Numbered from the whole stretch's first letter, positions 26,011-38,975 are shown. The stretch: 62,882 bases of DNA, filler included, from Octopus bimaculoides (GCF_001194135.2; 5 parts of 5 records of this genome joined end to end with filler, not necessarily neighbours in it); one strand, 5' to 3'. The notes: generated by a model not told the origin, from the letters alone. Numbers and translations are program-made.

Positions 26011-26867
26011 ACCAAACATTTGGAGAAGTGAACCAGCTTGGTGGAGTTTTCGTGAACGGAAGACCGTTACCAAACGCCATAAGGATGCGCATTGTGGAGT
26101 TGGCGCAGCTAGGCGTAAGGCCCTGTGACATTAGCAGACAGCTTCGAGTTTCCCATGGATGTGTTAGCAAAATTCTAGCTCGTTATAACGAGACGGGTTC
26201 GATACTCCCTGGTGCCATTGGTGGAAGCAAGCCACGCGTTACGACGCCAAATGTTGTAAGGCATATAAAAATTTATAAAGAGAAAGACCCAGGGATTTTT
26301 GCTTGGGAGATTCGGGATAAACTTTTAGCTGATGGCATTTGCGATAAATTTTCAGTCCCTTCTGTGAGTTCAATCAGCAGGATTTTAAGAAATAAGATCG
26401 GAAATAATAATAATAATAGTAATAATAATAATAATAATTCTAGTACATCCATTCATACGACTGCTCAATTTGAAAATAGAGGGGGTGTGACTCCTAATAC
26501 AACACCACCCGCTGCTGCTTTGTATAATCCACATCAGTTCTATTCATATACTTGTCCAGGAGGCCAGGGAATATCTTCCCTCCCTGGCGTACCAGCCCCG
26601 CAAATTTCGACCCATTCTCAAGCCGCCTCTGCGCATAATGTTAGCTTTAAGCAGAATTCAATGTCGTCTGTTGCTCCGTGTATGATGAGAGCCTGGCCAT
26701 CATCTCATTCTGTAAGCGATATTTTGGGAATTAACGTACGTCAGCCGTTGTCCATGGCACAATCAGGCCCTCCGGCACATATGGAGACAGCACTTGCTCA
26801 AAATTATAACTATTATGGAGTTAATATTAAAGCGACAGCAGTATCACCAATGTTTTTGCAAAGTTGA
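26011..26867 (+). CDS. pax9: Pax1/9 paired-box transcription factor, main coding exon (paired domain + octapeptide); the start exon is not visible
   Basis: A pyrimidine-rich acceptor (tctttctttcttctacacAG, 26009-26010) is followed by a phase-1 exon reading (x)AC CAA ACA TTT GGA GAA GTG AAC CAG, i.e. [79 protein letters not shown]...[13 protein letters not shown]...[16 protein letters not shown]. This is the diagnostic Pax1/9 paired domain. [12 protein letters not shown] octapeptide at 26706-26729, no homeodomain, TGA at 26865-26867. Pax1 versus Pax9 cannot be distinguished; invertebrates usually have one Pax1/9 gene. Confidence 0.96.
26403..26438 (+). repeat. (AAT)n coding microsatellite giving N5-S-N6 in Pax1/9
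   Basis: In-frame AAT x5, AGT, AAT x6 directly after ...RILRNKIG. Confidence 0.95.
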
Positions 26868-26929
26868 AATAAAAAATAATTTTTAAATGCATTAAAATTC
26901 ATAAAACTATGTGGGGAAAACGATTTATA

Positions 26930-27750
26930 AAAGAGTTTCCGTGATTCATTTCAAAAAAAGTAAAGTGTTTACGGTTTTGATTTTCAAGGAAAACAATTTT
27001 TTTTAAAACAGTTATATAACAAGGATTTCAAGAGTGAGTTAAAAAACAGAAAAGTTACTTTTAAAAACTGCTAAAACGCAGTTATCTTTCGGGGAAAATA
27101 GACAAAACTTATAAAAGAGGGATTCCTTCATTGATTTTAATAAAGAGAAAATGGTTTACGACCTTCATATTCAAGGAAAACAAAAAAAAAATTATGTAAC
27201 AAACGTGTCATTACTGATTTAAAAATAGAAAAGTTACGTTTAAAAACTGCTATAAAACGCAATTGGTTTTTAAGAGAAATAGAAAAAAAACGGCTATAAT
27301 GAAAAACGAAAAAACCATAGCCTAAAACGCATTTTAAAATATGTTTTTAAAATCTTAAATGATTTGTATAAAAGGTTCGCAAGGAAAAATAGGCGCACTT
27401 CTCTTTGTTAAAAGGTTTTTTATCGCAATGATTTTTTTAAATCAAAAAGTGAATACTTACGTTTAAGAACTGCTATAACGCGCAGTTGGCTTTCTTGAAA
27501 AATAGAAAAAAGTATGAGAAACAGGGATTCAATGATTGAGTTTATGGTTTAGACTTTCAAAGTAAAACAAAAAAACTGTTAAGATTGTTATACAACAAAA
27601 TATTCTTTGATTTAAAAGCAGAAAAGCGTTTATGGCTTTAACATTCAAGAAAATAGAAAAACTTTTATAAAACAAGTATTTCAAGATTGATTTTTAAATA
27701 GTAAAGCGTTTATGATCTTGCTTTATAAGGGAAAACAAAAAAAAAACTCT
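26930..27750 (+). repeat. Degenerate A-rich tandem repeat of about 180-220 bp downstream of the Pax1/9 stop
   Basis: Motif gttac(t/g)ttt(t)aa(a/g)aactgcta(t)aa..cgca(g/a)tt..ttt...aaatagaa at ~27054, 27233 and 27456. Motif gttta(c/t)g....(t/c)ttcaag(g)aaaa(c)aa at ~26967, 27154, 27540, 27628 and 27708. Confidence 0.7.
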
Positions 27751-29024
27751 TATCAGACCCCATTTAAAAGGAAAAAAATTCAGGAAAATTTGTGTGTTTT
27801 AAAAAATTTTGATCAGAAAATTTACCTGGACAAAAACAGAAAACTGATATGAAACACGTTTGTTCAATAATTGATAAAAAAAAAGAAAAAAAGAATTCTG
27901 AGAAATGGTAATAAATGAAAACACTGCGAACGTTTAAACAGTTTTTAATTGACAAGTTGATATTTGAGCGCCGTTATTAAACGAATATTATTAGCATTTA
28001 GAAAATTGAACAATTCTGTAATAAAACATGCATACTCCATAATTGATTTAAAAACAAAGGAAGCATTCTGGAAAACTGTAATAATTCAGTTTAAACTTTT
28101 AAGGAAAAAAACCGCGTACTTTTAAACAGTATTTTAATCGCCGAGAAAATCTAACATTTAATAACATTGATATTAAATAAAATAAGCGTTTAGAAAAGAA
28201 AAATATTTGACTTATGAAATACGGATGTCCAAATATATTTTTAAAAGCAGAAAACTTTCAGAAAATTTGCTCTAATAACGTCGTGACATTCAGGAGAAAA
28301 ACTGCTGATTTCTGTTTTTCTAAAATCAAAAACCAACAGCTATATGATAAAAAGAAAACAAAAGTTCCTCGCAAAAGAAAAAGTACTAAGGTACGGACTT
28401 GAGTTCCAGGAGAAAAAATACAGAAAAGTTGCTACGGTACGAATTTGATTTTCTGGGAAAAGAAACAGAAAAAACTCTTTTAATGAAAATCATATATCAG
28501 TTTTTTTTTTCTCTAATGTAAAATCCGAGCTAAAATTTGCTCCAATGCATGTTCATTTTTTCTGCAAAAAAAAAAAAAAGAAATGCTATGATGTGGGCTG
28601 GTCCTTTTAAAAAAATTAAAACTGCATTTTAACAAGAAAAAAAGATTAAGGAAACGGGAAATGGTTCATGAAAACACAAAAAGCTTCACAAAGAAGAAAA
28701 AGGAGGTACAAAAGTGAGAAAGAAAAGTACAAANNNNNNNNNNNNNNNNNNNNNNNNNNNNNNNNNNNNNNNNNNNNTTAATTAATTAANNNNNNNNNNN
28801 NNNNNNNNNNNNNNNNNNNNNNNNNNNNNNNNNGTTTTTTTTTTTTTTTTGTCTACTTCAGCTAGTCCTGCTTTATTCAACAATATTCCGAGAGAAATCA
28901 CAGAAGAAATAGGCTCCATAAACTTTAAACAATCCGGGATATAGTAATGCAAGAAACAGCAGACAAACCACTGAAATCCGACTACATTTTGAGCAAAAAC
29001 TCCCTACAAGAATGCCCATGATTG

Positions 29025-29198
29025 TCGGTTTCAATAGTTGGGGAAGGGGATAAATCGATTGATTATCTCGACCCCTGTGTTCAGCTGGTACTTATTTTAT
29101 CGACCCCTGAAAGGATAATAGGCAGAGTCGACGGCGGACGAAATGCCGCAAAGCATTTTTCACGGCGTGCTACCGTTTCTACCAACTAGCCGCCTTAA
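29025..29198 (-). mobile_element. SINE family A copy with an internal deletion
   Basis: ctggtacttattttatcgacccctgaaaggat...cggacgaaatgccgc...ctagccgcctta. Confidence 0.7.
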
Positions 29199-29577
29199 GA
29201 AAGTCTATAATTGTTGAAGCTTACTCAGTGTGTAGTTCAGGTGTTAGACTCAGAATCGTTAGGTCACAAGTTCGTTTCATTGATTTGGATGATGCATTGT
29301 GTGTAGAACACATACTAACACTCCGCTTCATTTCAAGTTTCTTCAGTCAATTCAGCTGAAAATTTATTCCAGCGACAGCTGGGCCAGTAACCATACAACG
29401 AACTGGTTGAGAAAGTTGTACAGGCAGTCTCTTAAACCCAACCGAAACCAGGATGAAAACCGACTTAATGTGCATGTAAGCTCAAGTCAGATTACAAACA
29501 CACATACGCACAGATGCACACACATGCACATGTCTATAAATTACACATACACTGAGATATATATATGTGTATGTGTT

Positions 29578-29614
<37 letters not shown>

Positions 29615-30200
29615 NNNNNNNNNNNNNNNNNNNNNNNNNNNNNNNNNNNNNNNNNNNNNNNNNNNNNNNNNNNNNNNNNNNNNNNNNNNNNNNNNNNNNN
29701 NNNNNNNNNNNNNNNNNNNNNNNNNNNNNNNNNNNNNNNNNNNNNNNNNNNNNNNNNNNNNNNNNNNNNNNNNNNNNNNNNNNNNNNNNNNNNNNNNNNN
29801 NNNNNNNNNNNNNNNNNNNNNNNNNNNNNNNNNNNNNNNNNNNNNNNNNNNNNNNNNNNNNNNNNNNNNNNNNNNNNNNNNNNNNNNNNNNNNNNNNNNN
29901 NNNNNNNNNNNNNNNNNNNNNNNNNNNNNNNNNNNNNNNNNNNNNNNNNNNNNNNNNNNNNNNNNNNNNNNNNNNNNNNNNNNNNNNNNNNNNNNNNNNN
30001 NNNNNNNNNNNNNNNNNNNNNNNNNNNNNNNNNNNNNNNNNNNNNNNNNNNNNNNNNNNNNNNNNNNNNNNNNNNNNNNNNNNNNNNNNNNNNNNNNNNN
30101 NNNNNNNNNNNNNNNNNNNNNNNTGTATGTGTGTGTGTGTGTGTGTGTGTGCGTGCATGTATGTATGTATGTATGTATGTATGTATGTATGTATGTATGG

Positions 30201-30486
30201 TGCTGACTAGAAAGGAAGAAAGGATAAAGGTAGCATCGTCTTTCTTGCGGTTGAAAACTTCTCTTCGTATGTCAAGTGAAATACGAAGGGGAGTGTTGCT
30301 CCTTGGTTATAGCTGACACAATAGAGGAAGAGATAGGAAATGCTCGCTGTTATATAGACTATGGTCAGTTATGTAGGTCAAACCCTAAATACAAAACTGA
30401 CCTTTCCTTGACCAGCGCAGGTCCTTGTGGGTTAAGTTTCCCCATCAATCATCTGGTGTGGGGATGCAAACAAAGGATTTCCCGCT
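30201..30486. repeat. ~280-bp direct repeat, copy 1
   Basis: tgctgactagaaaggaagaaaggataaaggtagcatcg...gtgtggggatgcaaacaaag.atttcccgct recurs at 34573-34841 with scattered substitutions and one indel. Confidence 0.85.
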
Positions 30487-31920
30487 GAGAAAAATTGTGC
30501 ATATCAGGAGAAAGAATCCTGAGAATGTATAGGGACAGGTATCTATTCGTGTGGGTCTGAATAGTGGTGTCGCTTTGCGTGCGCAGAATGTACCAGTCGG
30601 TGCGCGACTGAGGCAGAGTGAACGAGCGTGCGCACGAGTGCCTAATGTGCCAGTCGTTGCGTGACAGAGACAGTGAGTGAGCGTGCAAGGGCGTATGCAT
30701 GAGTGCGAGAGAAAGTCCTGGAGCTGTGGAATAAGCCGAGGCGAATGAGTGTGTGCATTCTCAATCCATGATATCAGCAAAAGTTTTCTTGTAGGATTGC
30801 ATTTTGTATGAAAATACATTGAAAGGAGTGCAGAAGCGAAATGTGTCTGGCGTTGTTGTCGTGGGACAGACAATTTTATCTATTAAGTTCGTGGCCAACC
30901 TAGGGTCGCACAAAGGTAAGTTGTGTCTGACAAGGGTGCAGAGAGCATGCGCTGACATCCGACTCTAAAGGCACTATATTGTGGTGCATGTGTATAGGTG
31001 GACGCAGGTTTATGTATGAACGTTGAGAAAAAAATTTTCTTGTGTTGTTTTACAAACAAAATACAGAGCAGTGCCTAAATAGGCCAGCGTGCAAAGTAAG
31101 AAAGAAGCTGCAGACATTCAAAAAGAAAACATGTAGCGAGAAAAAACAGTGTAGTTGAAAGAATTGTACATGTGTGCAAAGATGTGCAATGCCAGTGGTC
31201 AATGAGAAAAAAAATATTATACAAATATAGAACATTCAAAAACAAATGAAAATGTGTAGTGCTAACAAAAGAGAAAGAAATAAGCAAGCATTTGAAATGG
31301 AAAAAAATATGTGCATGCAAAGAAAGTTCAAGCCTATGTACAAGTGTTCGTGTGACTAACAGGTTGGAACTAGTTCAACTAATTCACAAAATATGCATTT
31401 TTTTAAAAGGAAGTAAAAAGTCTGAAAATCGGCTATAATAATGTAATTTTCCAGTCTTATTGCTATGAAGGTATGATGTTTTGGAGAAAAAAAAATGGAG
31501 GTAAAAGTTACAGAGGTTTAAAATTCGCAAAAACTGTGTATTTTTAGCCAATAGCGAGACAGAAATTCTCTGTGTTTAGCGGAGCAGTGTCAACTTTAAG
31601 GTTGTATCGTTTTAAATTTATGGTTTAGCGTCTGTGACATGACCTGTTCATTGTAGGTTTCTAAATGAATAGAAATACCTAATTTCATTGTAGGTTTGTA
31701 AATAAACAGAAATACCTAATAAAATCAACATGTATTATCTTACTGTTTCTTTTGTCTCTTCATTGATTGAATGTTTTATCTTTTTTTTTTTTTGTTATAT
31801 TAATATATTTGTCTGCATGTGTTTACTTTGTGTACTTCAGTACTATGTATAGCTGCCATGTATTTGTGTACATCATTAATATATAAGCGTGTGTGTGTGT
31901 GTGTGTGTGTGTGTGAGTGT

Positions 31921-31959
<39 letters not shown>

Positions 31960-34572
31960 TGTGTGTGTGAAAAGGGGGCGTCTGTCTCCAAAACTCCAAA
32001 GTTGAGTAACGTTTACATACTTGGATTTGTAAACTACGATAAGAATAACACTGGTCAACAAAGAATTTGTCCCAAAAATATATGAAATGAAAAATATGTA
32101 AAAGTACTAACATACAGATGCACAGAAAAATATGTAATATACTAACACACAGAAAAATTAAAACAAAACACCCGGGTGAAAAGAATCTCGTAGTGTGAAG
32201 AATCAACACAGAACAACGTGCGGCACAGACACGAGTGAAGTGAAACACAACACAACGTACGGTTGTCATGGTAAAAAGCTACTTAAGCCACGCTGTCTGT
32301 TGATTGGTTAAAATTACCCAAATTTCCCAACTTTAATTCCAAATAACATCAATTTTTTTAATTTACGAGATAAAGTAATTGGCTGATTGTAATCAAAATT
32401 TAGTTGCATCGATACACCAAAATTGAAAGCAATCTAAGCAAAATTAAAGGGGACTCATTTTGCGAATGAAACTAACTAGATCCTTCGAAAAGTTTGTAGC
32501 TGTGGAGAATATTGCATATGCAGGCTTCCTTATTTTCATCCAGGTAGATTTTGGTCGGATGGCTATCGAAATGTTGCGTTTTTCAACTGTCGATGTTTCT
32601 TTCTTGACTCTGTATAACGTAGTGGAGTGCATTCTGTGACAAGTTGAAAGTGCATAGTGGGTGTCAATTGTGTCGGCGAGTTCTTTTTTTTTCGTGTCGT
32701 GTGACAGTCGAAACGGAAACTGTTTAGTGAAAGTTGTTAATCTTGTCTTCAATGTGACGAGCATGATGTGAAGGCTGTAATTCTTGAGCTCGGGTCACCA
32801 GAATGTAGCGACGAAATGGAAAATTTAACCGCAGAACAAAAAATGGTCTTCATTTTCCAAATGCAATGAAGTTGGTGAAGTAGAGGCAATCGTGTATTAG
32901 AATGTCGGGAAGCATACGACGCAACGGCTGTTGGAGTGAAGGCTGTAGATCTTTTAGATCGGGGGTCACCAATTGTAGTGGGCGTTTGGTGAAGGCCGTA
33001 ATTGTTTTCACGTGCGAAATGATGTGCGATGTAACGAATGTAGAACATGTAGAATCACGTCAGTATGATGTAGCATACTACCAAATGTAGCGTGTAGGTG
33101 AAACGCTTGAAGGTTTTCGCGTCGGAGTAACCAGTGAACATCGAAGAATCAACATCAAGAAGGAAGAAATATTATTTACACATATTTATTTGTAGTGAAT
33201 ACTTCTATTGCCATTATATACAAACAAACCATCTTCTCTCACTATAAATATTGACAGACGCGAGTGTAGTAGAAAGCAACTCATTCCCTGTCATCACCTG
33301 ACTGACTATTTCTTTACGCGGGTAAATTATCTCCACCCGTTCGCCTCAGGACGCAAACTGACCAACCACAGCCACTAATAAGGTCACGTGAGAGAGTTCT
33401 TCTAATGCTTCTCTGGAGCTTACCTTCAGCTATAAATAGACTAAATTATACCCGCCAAGTGGTCGCGCCTCAGATCTTAGATCTGGCCGCCGGCCACACA
33501 CGCGTAACACAGCAGCAACCAGTTTCCAGCGACGACACCAACAGCATCGTACAACTACGAACTACAAGCATCGCCCCCGACGTCGCCAGCAGCAACACGA
33601 CTCTACGTACTACCAGCACCGTCGCCAGCGTCAACATGACTCTACACGTACACAAGCTACCAACAGCTAACTGCAGCATTTCTCTTCGATCCTGTTTGTG
33701 TGATTTCTTCACCACGATAAATAACAACCAAGAATTTAGCCTGCGAAGAACATCTGTATTCAAGAANNNNNNNNNNNNNNNNNNNNNNNNNNNNNNNNNN
33801 NNNNNNNNNNNNNNNNNNNNNNNNNNNNNNNNNNNNNNNNNNNNNNNNNNNNNNNNNNNNNNNNNNNNNNNNNNNNNNNNNNNNNNNNNNNNNNNNNNNN
33901 NNNNNNNNNNNNNNNNNNNNNNNNNNNNNNNNNNNNNNNNNNNNNNNNNNNNNNNNNNNNNNNNNNNNNNNNNNNNNNNNNNNNNNNNNNNNNNNNNNNN
34001 NNNNNNNNNNNNNNNNNNNNNNNNNNNNNNNNNNNNNNNNNNNNNNNNNNNNNNNNNNNNNNNNNNNNNNNNNNNNNNNNNNNNNNNNNNNNNNNNNNNN
34101 NTATCTCTCGCACCCACATACATGTATTACTTACACGCACTCTTTTCTTTACATGACGGCCTGTCTTTTATTGTGTTTCATTATGTCGCATTCACTCACA
34201 CACAGACATACAATTTAATGCTACAATAAATCTTACTGTTATTCATCTCTAACGGTTGTATTCCTATCGTCTTCCTTACTGGCATTTACGAGTTCTCTAT
34301 GTTATCGAAGTATAACATATTTATCATTTTATATATTTTTGTGTTCGACCGTGTGACGCGTTTTATAAAAGGAGCCCTGTTTTTTCCATTCGTCACCATT
34401 TCTCCTTTTTAGTTCGCACGGTCGTTCTTACATATTCGTTTACCCGACAGGCACTTAGAGAGACAATAGTGATTGTAGTGATAGTAACAAAAAGGTTGGC
34501 TCGGTGGTTAGTAGCCGATAGTGTAGAACTTGCTGTCTGCCAGTAGGGAGGGAAAGAGTAAGGAATGCACGC

Positions 34573-34841
34573 TGCTGACTAGAAAGGAAGAAAGGATAAA
34601 GGTAGCATCGGCTTTCTTGAGTTTAAAAACTTCTATTCGTATGTCTAGTGAAATACGAAGGGAAGTGTTGCTCCTTGGTTATAGCTGACACAAAAGAGGA
34701 AGAGATAGGAAATGCTCTCTGCTATATACACTATGGCCAGTAATGTAAGTCAAACCCTAAACAAAGGACTGACCTTTCCTTGACCAGCGCAGGTCCTTGG
34801 GGTTCATCAAGTGTGGGGATGCAAACAAAGTATTTCCCGCT
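34573..34841. repeat. ~270-bp direct repeat, copy 2
   Basis: Same sequence and orientation as 30201-30486. Confidence 0.85.
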
Positions 34842-35639
34842 TGTTTTGACAAGCAACAAGCGGGTAGATTTGGTTTCAAATCTCAGGCAGGGTCAAGTGA
34901 TGTCCCTACACACACACACACACACACANNNNNNNNNNNNNNNNNNNNNNNNNNNNNNNNNNNNNNNNNNNNTTAATTAATTAANNNNNNNNNNNNNNNN
35001 NNNNNNNNNNNNNNNNNNNNNNNNNNNNAGGCATCCCATCTATGAGAGGGAAACGCTGATATAAACCAAGTCTTTTGTTGCTGAGGGTCCCTTTAACAAG
35101 GCTGTATTGTCAGCAAACTCTGACCCATAGGGTAGACTAGGCTCTTCAGTTTGTTTATAGTGGCTCGTCTAAGAGATGAAAACCTCTAAAGAAAAAGTCC
35201 GAGGTGTGTTGTTCTTGGTATTGTGGCACACATGTGCACCATATTCTTACTATCATCACTTCCAAAAAGTGTGACTGGTTCTACACAAACCTTCAATACT
35301 CAAATCATATGTGTGGGTTTTCTGACAACTTACATTTATTCATTCAATATGGCATTGCTTCAGCTTGAAAAAAAATCCCAAAGTCTTCTGGCGAGAGAGT
35401 GAAAGCAGCAGAGACAGGGAAAAGATATTACTGGAAGTCTCTTGCTGGATCTCTACACAGTCGGTGACCATTAGATGATGGCCGTTCCACCACAGAACTT
35501 GTAACTGTGCCGTCCATGTCCTCCAGTGATGACAAAGCAGGTCTATTTAGACACAGCACTGCTTTCCCCAACAGGGCGAGAAAAGGAGCCCTAAACATTG
35601 ATTACTCACCTTAAACTTGTTAGCCTGCTGCAGCTGTCT

Positions 35640-38600
35640 GGTTATTCAGTAACACGAAGAAATCTAAGAATATTTACCTTGCCTCTTGGAATGTGCGCAC
35701 TCTCCAAGACAATCACTCAGCACCAGAACGAAAAACAGCACTTGTTGTCCTTGAACTAAAGAAATACAACATTAACATAGCTTCACTTAGTGAAACTCGT
35801 CTTGCAGGATCATCACAGTTAGAAGAAAGTAAAAGTGGATACATATTTTTCTGGTGTGGAAGAAATGAATACAAGCCACGCCACTCTGGTGTTGGTTTAG
35901 GCATCAAAACAGAATGAGATAGATCCTTTCTTTCTCTACCCAAAGGTATTTCTGATGGCATCAGGACACTAACGTTGGAACTTGATCACAACACTCATGC
36001 CACACTTGTCAGTTGCAATGCCCCAACCATGGCCAGCACTGAGCAGGAAAAAGATTAATTTTACAACCAACTCTGTGATTTTATCTCCAGTTGTCACCAT
36101 AGGGATAAACGTATCCTTATGGGCGACTTTAACGCTGGTGTTGGTACTGACTATCAGGCATGGAAGGGTTTACTTGGTCGCCATGATGTAGATCGAATGA
36201 ACTCCAGCGGTCTGCGTGTGCTCTCCATCTGCAGAGAATTCAGTCTAAGCACTACAAATACCTTTTTTCAACCGCGAAATTGTTGCAAGACGACCTGGAT
36301 GCATCCTAGATATAAGGATTGGCATTTCATAGACTATATTATCACTAAGAAACAAGGTATTAGGAACTTTAATATTGCCCATTCCTTTCATAACACCTGC
36401 TATCTCTCTGGCCAATTCTCTTCTCCGCAGTAAGGCTACGTTCAATCTGAAATGCACAAGACTACAAAAATCATCAGTACCTAAGTACATTAATGTTCTG
36501 CCCTCGAAAATTGTTGAAAAGTAGACTGAACTCTCTATCAAGTTGGACACTGCACTCAACACTTGATATCAATGATGACATAGAATCATCTTGGAAGGTT
36601 TTGCGTGATGTAACGCACACTGCATCTGTAGAGGTTCTTGGACTTCCTGTTCGTAAACATCAAGATTGGTTCAACAATAACAACACAGATTCCAACAGTC
36701 GATAGATAAAATGCACAGCTCTCACAAAAGATGGATAAATGATAAGAGCCCATCCTCAAAAGAGAATGCCTAGAAGAAATGCAGAGGCAAGGTCCAACAT
36801 GCTCTGAGACAGATGAAGTAGGCTTGGTGGACTTTCAAGGCTACTGACCGCCAATAAGCTGCTGACAGAAAGGATTCTAAAGCCTTTTATGATGGCCTCA
36901 AGAAAGTGTATGGTCCTCAAGAGCACGGTGTTACTCTTATTTTTTTCATCGAATAGAGAGACACTGTTAACTGACAAATCTGACATCCTGAAACAATGGA
37001 AAGATCATGTGGAAGCCTTGTTGAACTCCACCTCAGTCACTAATGATAACGTCATAATGTCTGTTTCACAGCACACTGAAATACCGGAACTGTCTCTGGA
37101 GACAACCTTCCTGGACATGGAAATGCCAGAACAGTCTCTGGAGCCAACCTTCCTGGAAGTGGTAAACTTTATTAAACAGATCTCTTCTGGTAAAGCACCT
37201 GGCAGGGATGCTATCCCTCCTGAAATCTACAAATACGGTGGACAGATGCTTTTTAAGAATTTGCATGATAACTTCATAAAGATTTGGATGGTAGGCCTTC
37301 TGCCACAGGACTTCAAGGATGTCTCGATTCAACACCTTTAAAGGAACAAAAGAAACAGAAGTGTCTGTGATAACCACCGTGGAATATCGCTTTTGTATAT
37401 TGCTGGTAAGATTCTTGCTCGACTCATTCTCAACAGGATCATCAAACTCGTTGTAAATTATGTCTATCTAGAATCACAGTGCAGATTTCGTCTGGTCGTG
37501 ACACTATCGACATGATCTTTTACCTCCGACACGTCATGGAGAAGGTACATGAAGAAAACCAAGAGTTGTTCATGGCATTCATTGACCTTACTAAGGCCTT
37601 CAACACTGTTAACTGGCAAACACTATGGAAAGTTCTGGAAAAGCTTGGTGTACCTGACAAGATGTTGAATGTTATCATCTCCTTTCATGAGAAAATGAAG
37701 GCTGCTGTCGTGTCTGGTGGGGAATCTTCAACTTTCTTCGACGTAACAAACGGCACAAAGCAAGATTGTGTTATGGCTCCTGTTTTGCTTGCACTCCTTT
37801 TTTCAGTGATGCTGAGGTATGCTTTTGACGACATACAAAATGGTATCAAATTCCAGTTTCGAACAAGTAGTGGACTATTCAATCATCAGCGTTTCAAAGC
37901 CAGAACACTGCTACACACCAGTACCATTTGCGATCTACATTTTGCAGATGATGCTGTACTAGTGGCGAGTTCCTTAGAGGAAACTCAGGAACTTCTAAAC
38001 CGGTTTTCTGCTGCATGTAAAGGTTTTGGTCTAACCATCAGCATAAAGAAGACGGAAGTAAGCCACTAACCTTGCCCTATTCCTAAACAAATTCGAGGTT
38101 TCAAGCAGAGGCCACCAGTCCACAATTTTCCTGACACTCCTATACAGGTTGATGGGAAAAGCCTAAATTATGTGAAGTCATTTATATATCGTAAAGTGAA
38201 TTTGAGCGCTTCCCTTGATGATGAAATCGCCAACCGTCTTGCAAAGGAACCAACGCATTTGGCAAACTCTGTCATCGCCTATGGAATGAAAGGGGCATCA
38301 AACTTCTTGATACCAAAGTACAGGTCTATAAAGCAGCCATTCTTACTACTCTCTTATATGGCTCAGAATCGTGGATACCCTATAGACAACACTTTAATCG
38401 ACTAGACACCCTCCACAAAGACTGTCTGAGGACAATTGCGGTTATTCACTAAAAGACAAAGTTTCTAATGCCGACTTGTTTAGCAAGTGTAAGATTGGTG
38501 GAATTGAGAGTTTCCTTATACAATCACAATTGCGCTGGACTGGCCATGTCGTTGTCAGAATGAGTGACGAAAGAATATCCAAAGTCCTCATGTACAGCCT

Positions 38601-38975
38601 GCTTGAGAGTGAGCTCAGATATAAGGACAAGCTGAAGAGTAAACTCTTAAAGGTGAAGATAGCTCACAACATCTTTGAGCGAACAGCCTTGGGACGAACA
38701 AAAATGGAGATCGTTGTGTCGCAATGGTATTAAAAAAACTTTGTTGCAACCAGCATTAACAGGCTTCGGGGTGCAAGGCAAAGAAGAAAAGTGGTGGCAA
38801 ATATATCGTCTGCACTGACCTGTAATCCTCATACTTGCAACATCTGTGGCCTTCTTTGCAAATCGTTGACGTGACTTAAATGTCACATTCGATATAGGCA
38901 TTATGAGTGACAAATAAAGAGTACGTTGTCGGAGCTTCATACGTCGAACCCGTCGGGAGAGTCCATCATCATATA
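35640..38975 (+). mobile_element. Decayed near-full-length RTE-clade LINE (APE endonuclease + RT) with frameshifts and stops; the 5' UTR probably extends to about 35029
   Basis: Endonuclease motifs LASWNVRTL, LSETRL, GVG, MGDFNAGVG and TWMHPRYKDWHFIDYII. RT motifs AFIDLTKAFNTV, KQDCVMAPVL, FADD and ISIKKTEV; C-terminal SQLRWTGHV. Short (CAT)n-like tail near 38965-38975. Spread over several partial ORFs. Confidence 0.9.

Noticed and set aside
31540-32320. Possible terminal inverted repeats (ttagccaatagcgagacag / ctgtctgttgattggttaa)
   Set aside because: Similarity is limited to about 20 nt with several mismatches and does not extend.
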